Shown here: piece by piece, positions 61,238-64,000 of the stretch
Numbering within the stretch: the first letter of the stretch is position 1
Layout: each line of letters begins with the position of its first letter
Assembly (NCBI GenBank): GCA_963817385.1
Contig: CAWFOM010000006.1
Coordinates: 245,242-309,241 of the forward strand
Origin: an uncultured delta proteobacterium
GTDB lineage: Bacteria; Desulfobacterota; Syntrophia; Syntrophales; UBA5619
Reading direction: 5' to 3'
Length of the DNA stretch: 64,000 bases
The notes under the pieces: model-generated
Databases searched by the model: none
What the model was told of the DNA's origin: nothing
What the model saw: only the letters and a program-made list of their open reading frames with translations
Program-made: the position numbers and the translations under genes

Positions 61238-61987
61238 ATGGCAAGAATTAAACAATCAAAAAAGGACTTAGAACAACAATTAAAACACCAAATTGGTTTT
61301 TTGATTGCCTCCTGCCAGTCTTATGACCTAGGGAAATATCCCGAAGCAAAAAGAATAGCAACCGTGCTCCGTACTCTTTTTCATAGAACTAGAACATGCA
61401 ATCCCCTTCTTGGCCAAGTGCAACTTAAGAATATACATTGGTTTAACTCTGCGGCCCCCTTCGATCCAAAGAATCTCGTCAGCCATATTGGCCTGACAAG
61501 CATTAGATTCACGTCAGGGAGCCTCCCCTGTTTAATACCGAAAGGAGCAAAAGAAAAAGAACCTGAACGACGAGAATATCCTACCTTAGATTTTAACCAG
61601 TGGTGGTCGAGACCGGTTGTTGTTGCAGTTGCAGGGGCTGAAATAAGATATTTTTCAAGGCAAAATCTAGTCCTGAATGTTGCTGAGACCGATGGCGGAA
61701 CCCATGTAGATGAAGGGCTTGATGAAATATATGACGAACTTTCTCGGCAAAATGGGCTTGGCCTTAATGCAATTGTAAATGGTAAGAAATATCCACTGCT
61801 ATATCCAGAACTTCCATGCCTCCGCCAAATTGGTCACGAGGTGCTTTTGACATTGAAGAAGAAGTCGCCACACCTTTTTGAAGAAACTTACGCCGATGAG
61901 ATTGTATTTGTCCCTTCTGGACAAGAAATTGACGATCCATCCGCTAAGATAGGGATAGAAATAAACATAAGAAAAGGGCATGCCTAA
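61238..61987 (+). CDS. Cassette 6: hypothetical protein
   Basis: 249-aa ORF filling the cassette; stop codon within attC6 R''. Confidence 0.8.
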   Translation: MARIKQSKKDLEQQLKHQIGFLIASCQSYDLGKYPEAKRIATVLRTLFHRTRTCNPLLGQVQLKNIHWFNSAAPFDPKNLVSHIGLTSIRFTSGSLPCLIPKGAKEKEPERREYPTLDFNQWWSRPVVVAVAGAEIRYFSRQNLVLNVAETDGGTHVDEGLDEIYDELSRQNGLGLNAIVNGKKYPLLYPELPCLRQIGHEVLLTLKKKSPHLFEETYADEIVFVPSGQEIDDPSAKIGIEINIRKGHA

Positions 61988-62040
61988 CAAGGCCATTCAT
62001 CCGACGCGCAGGAGCACGCGGCCGATGGCTAACGTTCGAC
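61982..62040 (+). repeat. attC6
   Basis: GCCTAAC...GCCATTC / GATGGC...GTTCGAC, 59 bp. Confidence 0.85.
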
Positions 62041-62053
62041 GCAAGGAGAACAG

Positions 62054-62527
62054 ATGAACTATGATGAAGATAAAATAGATGAATACACTCTGGCCCTTCT
62101 TTATCTTGTTACCCATGAAAGGCAAGAAGGATTGGGGGCGAGGGCTTGGAAGGGGTTCGACTGGGACACTTTGAACAGACTGCACGAGAAAGGTTATATA
62201 TCGAACCCGATAGGTAAGGCAAAGTCTGTCGTAATGACGGAAGAAGGTTTCCTTAAAGCGGAAGAACTCTTTGAACGCTATTTTGTGAAGGAAACAAAAA
62301 CAATACCCTTCCCGAAGATGACGCCTTCTGCAAAGAAACGCTGGGAGCAAATACCAGAACAGATGAGGAAAAAGATTCTTGAAAACGTCTGGTGCTCAAA
62401 ATGCCGGACTATGGTAAAACTCCAACTGCAAGAGGGGCAAATGTCGGGACGCTCTTTGGTTCTGAGAGGTATGTGTAAAACGTGCGGAAGTGAGGCTGCA
62501 AGGCTGGTAGAGCCGGTTGAAGAATAA
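62054..62527 (+). CDS. Cassette 7: DUF6429-like protein fused to a C-terminal zinc ribbon
   Basis: LALLYL...RAWKGFDWDTLNRLHEKGYI...KAKSVVMTEEG; WCSKC...CKTC. Confidence 0.8.
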   Translation: MNYDEDKIDEYTLALLYLVTHERQEGLGARAWKGFDWDTLNRLHEKGYISNPIGKAKSVVMTEEGFLKAEELFERYFVKETKTIPFPKMTPSAKKRWEQIPEQMRKKILENVWCSKCRTMVKLQLQEGQMSGRSLVLRGMCKTCGSEAARLVEPVEE

Positions 62528-62532
62528 AAACT

Positions 62533-62593
62533 GTCGAACCAGTCGCTGCACCGAATCCGGGCTACGCCCGTCTCGGTGAGCCTTTCGATGGCT
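62533..62593 (+). repeat. attC7 (right core GATGGCT)
   Basis: GTCGAAC...GCTGCACCGA / TCGGTGAGC...GATGGCT. Confidence 0.8.
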
Positions 62594-62662
62594 CGGACGC
62601 TTCGCGCCGAGCCATCGGCGCTGCGAATTGCCATCCGCTTTCCGGCCGGCGCTTACGCGCCT

Positions 62663-62746
62663 GGCCATCAAGCGGCTGCAGCTGGCAGCCGTCCCCGCGA
62701 GCAAGCTCGCGTGTACGTCAGCCGCTGATCCGCAGCGCCGTTACTG
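62663..62746 (+). repeat. attC8 (left core GGCCATC; closes a gene-less cassette)
   Basis: GGCCATC-AAGCG-GCTGCAGC...GCTGATCCGCAGCGCC-GTTACTG; right end irregular. Confidence 0.6.
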
Positions 62747-62977
62747 TCTTTCAAACCGTAATTCTTAGAAACGAGATTTATCGAAGTCATTTAGTTGTAG
62801 GTGTAAGCCAGTGTCACATACTGTCCGCATAATCCCTTTTCAAACCAAAAAGTACGAAAGAACCAGATGGCTCTCTTTTATCTCGCCTGATCGTCACCCC
62901 CATCCGCGTGAGGATGCGGAGCAGTCTTCCTGCTTGACAACCGGGCATTCTTACACTAAGAAGGAAATCCCTTGGCG

Positions 62978-62993
62978 TACATTGTATAATGTA
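62978..62993. promoter_or_regulatory. Palindromic operator candidate upstream of GntR
   Basis: TACATT-GTAT-AATGTA inverted repeat overlapping a tandem TGTATAA. Confidence 0.4.
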
Positions 62994-63180
62994 TAATTGT
63001 CAGGGGGAGATTGATGAGGGCCGGACGTTCCTGCGGCTGGTCTGCTGCGGCGGATAGCTGCCGAAACCGGATCCGAGATAATATCCGGGAGATGTTCTCC
63101 TGCCGGGAAGGCCGGGACGATAGTGAGACGATCGTGATCTGATGGAGGCGAGGAAAGGGCGTCGCCGGAGGGCACTGACC

Positions 63181-63957
63181 ATGGAATTGGAAAAACTGAT
63201 TCCGAGTATCGAGATCCCGAAGCAGAAACCTGTCGTTCTGATCGTGTATGAACAACTGTTGAGTGCGATCGTCACCGGAAAGCTGGCGGAGGGAGAGCGG
63301 CTCCTGGAGGCGGATCTCGCGAAGCTCTTCGGCGTCAGCCGTCAACCGATCCGCGAAGCGCTGCGGATGCTGGTCACGGACGGGTTCGTCGAGCTGATCC
63401 CGTACCGGGGGGTTATCGTTTCCACCATCACCCCCCAGGAGGCCAAGGATACGCTCGAGCTCAAGGGAATGGTCGAAGGGTACGCCGCCTGGATGGGCGC
63501 GCAGACGTTCGGCCCGGACATGATCGCCGAGCTGGAGACGCTGCTCAGGCAGATGGAAGCGCACATCCGGGAGGCCCAGTCGCGGGAGATCATTCAGGAC
63601 AATTACAGCTTCCATATGAAGATCGTCAGCGGCATCGGAAATGAAAAGCTGATTAAATACTACCAGGGTCTGTTCAACTCCCACCAGCGGTATTACGCGA
63701 TCGGATTATCGGAGCGGCCCGGCTGGCAGACCAGCGTAAACGAGCACCGGTTGATTCTGAAGAAGATCAGGTCCCGGGATGCCGTGGGGGCCTTCACCTG
63801 TGCCCGGCAGCACGCCTCCAACACCATCGACCGCGTCCTGGCGGCTTTGGAAAAGCGAAAAAAAGGGACGGATGGATCGCTTGCCCGCACAGCCGACTCT
63901 CAGACGATGAAACCAGGGCTGCAAAAAGCATCTGTAAGTAAATCAAAAAGACCATAA
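63181..63957 (+). CDS. GntR family transcriptional regulator (FCD subfamily)
   Basis: GERL-EADLA--FGVSRQPIREAL, FH--I...N, EH--IL. Confidence 0.92.
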   Translation: MELEKLIPSIEIPKQKPVVLIVYEQLLSAIVTGKLAEGERLLEADLAKLFGVSRQPIREALRMLVTDGFVELIPYRGVIVSTITPQEAKDTLELKGMVEGYAAWMGAQTFGPDMIAELETLLRQMEAHIREAQSREIIQDNYSFHMKIVSGIGNEKLIKYYQGLFNSHQRYYAIGLSERPGWQTSVNEHRLILKKIRSRDAVGAFTCARQHASNTIDRVLAALEKRKKGTDGSLARTADSQTMKPGLQKASVSKSKRP

Positions 63958-63968
63958 GGAGAACGGGA

Positions 63969-64000
63969 ATGAAGTTCAGATTTGACAAGAATGTAACGGC
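63969..64000 (+). CDS. Start of the next gene (partial)
   Basis: SD AGGAG then ATG; open to the window end. Confidence 0.5.
   Translation, partial: MKFRFDKNVT

Larger units (their letters stand above)
58153..62746 (+). mobile_element. Integron gene-cassette array (8 cassettes), no intI in the window (CALIN-like)
   Basis: Eight attC sites; each cassette's leading core is complementary (at most one mismatch) to its own R'' box; cargo mostly AT-rich. Confidence 0.92.

Noticed and set aside
1..64000. CRISPR array or cas genes
   Set aside because: No regularly spaced identical repeats seen; the periodic palindromes at 58.7-62.7 kb are attC sites of differing sequence.

Overview
A GC-rich bacterial chromosomal segment. 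Gene content (triheme c7 cytochrome, PilZ proteins, DUF748, class III CoA transferase) suggests a Desulfobacterota/Syntrophales-like organism, which is an inference. From left to right: (1) the 3' part of an aryl-polyene/flexirubin-like lipid cluster (B12 radical SAM, aromatic ammonia-lyase, thioesterase, DAK2-DegV fusion, GT2, MMPL-methyltransferase fusion, acyltransferase); (2) an accessory zone 3' of tRNA-Thr(CGT) with an S8 peptidase and a ~1.1-kb island remnant bounded by a 45-bp tRNA repeat; (3) an extended alr with a variant ddl, envelope and housekeeping genes, and a cfa + FAD-oxidoreductase pair typical of 10-methyl fatty acid synthesis; (4) a catabolic region with a CoA transferase, Liv-type ABC transporter, cupins, dehydrogenase and racemase; (5) an 8-cassette integron array with no integrase in the window, non-canonical attC cores, one GAT/ATC-core cassette and two gene-less cassettes built from inverted attC copies. 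The most unusual non-coding signal is a 10-codon mini-ORF (MRRSYRKVPI / MKRNYRKVPI / MQRVIQKVPS) followed by a hairpin, found three times in 5' leaders, a candidate leader-peptide attenuator. Fifteen frameshifts in otherwise intact genes are all +1, which points to sequencing error rather than pseudogenes. All product calls come from motif recognition by eye; no searches were run.
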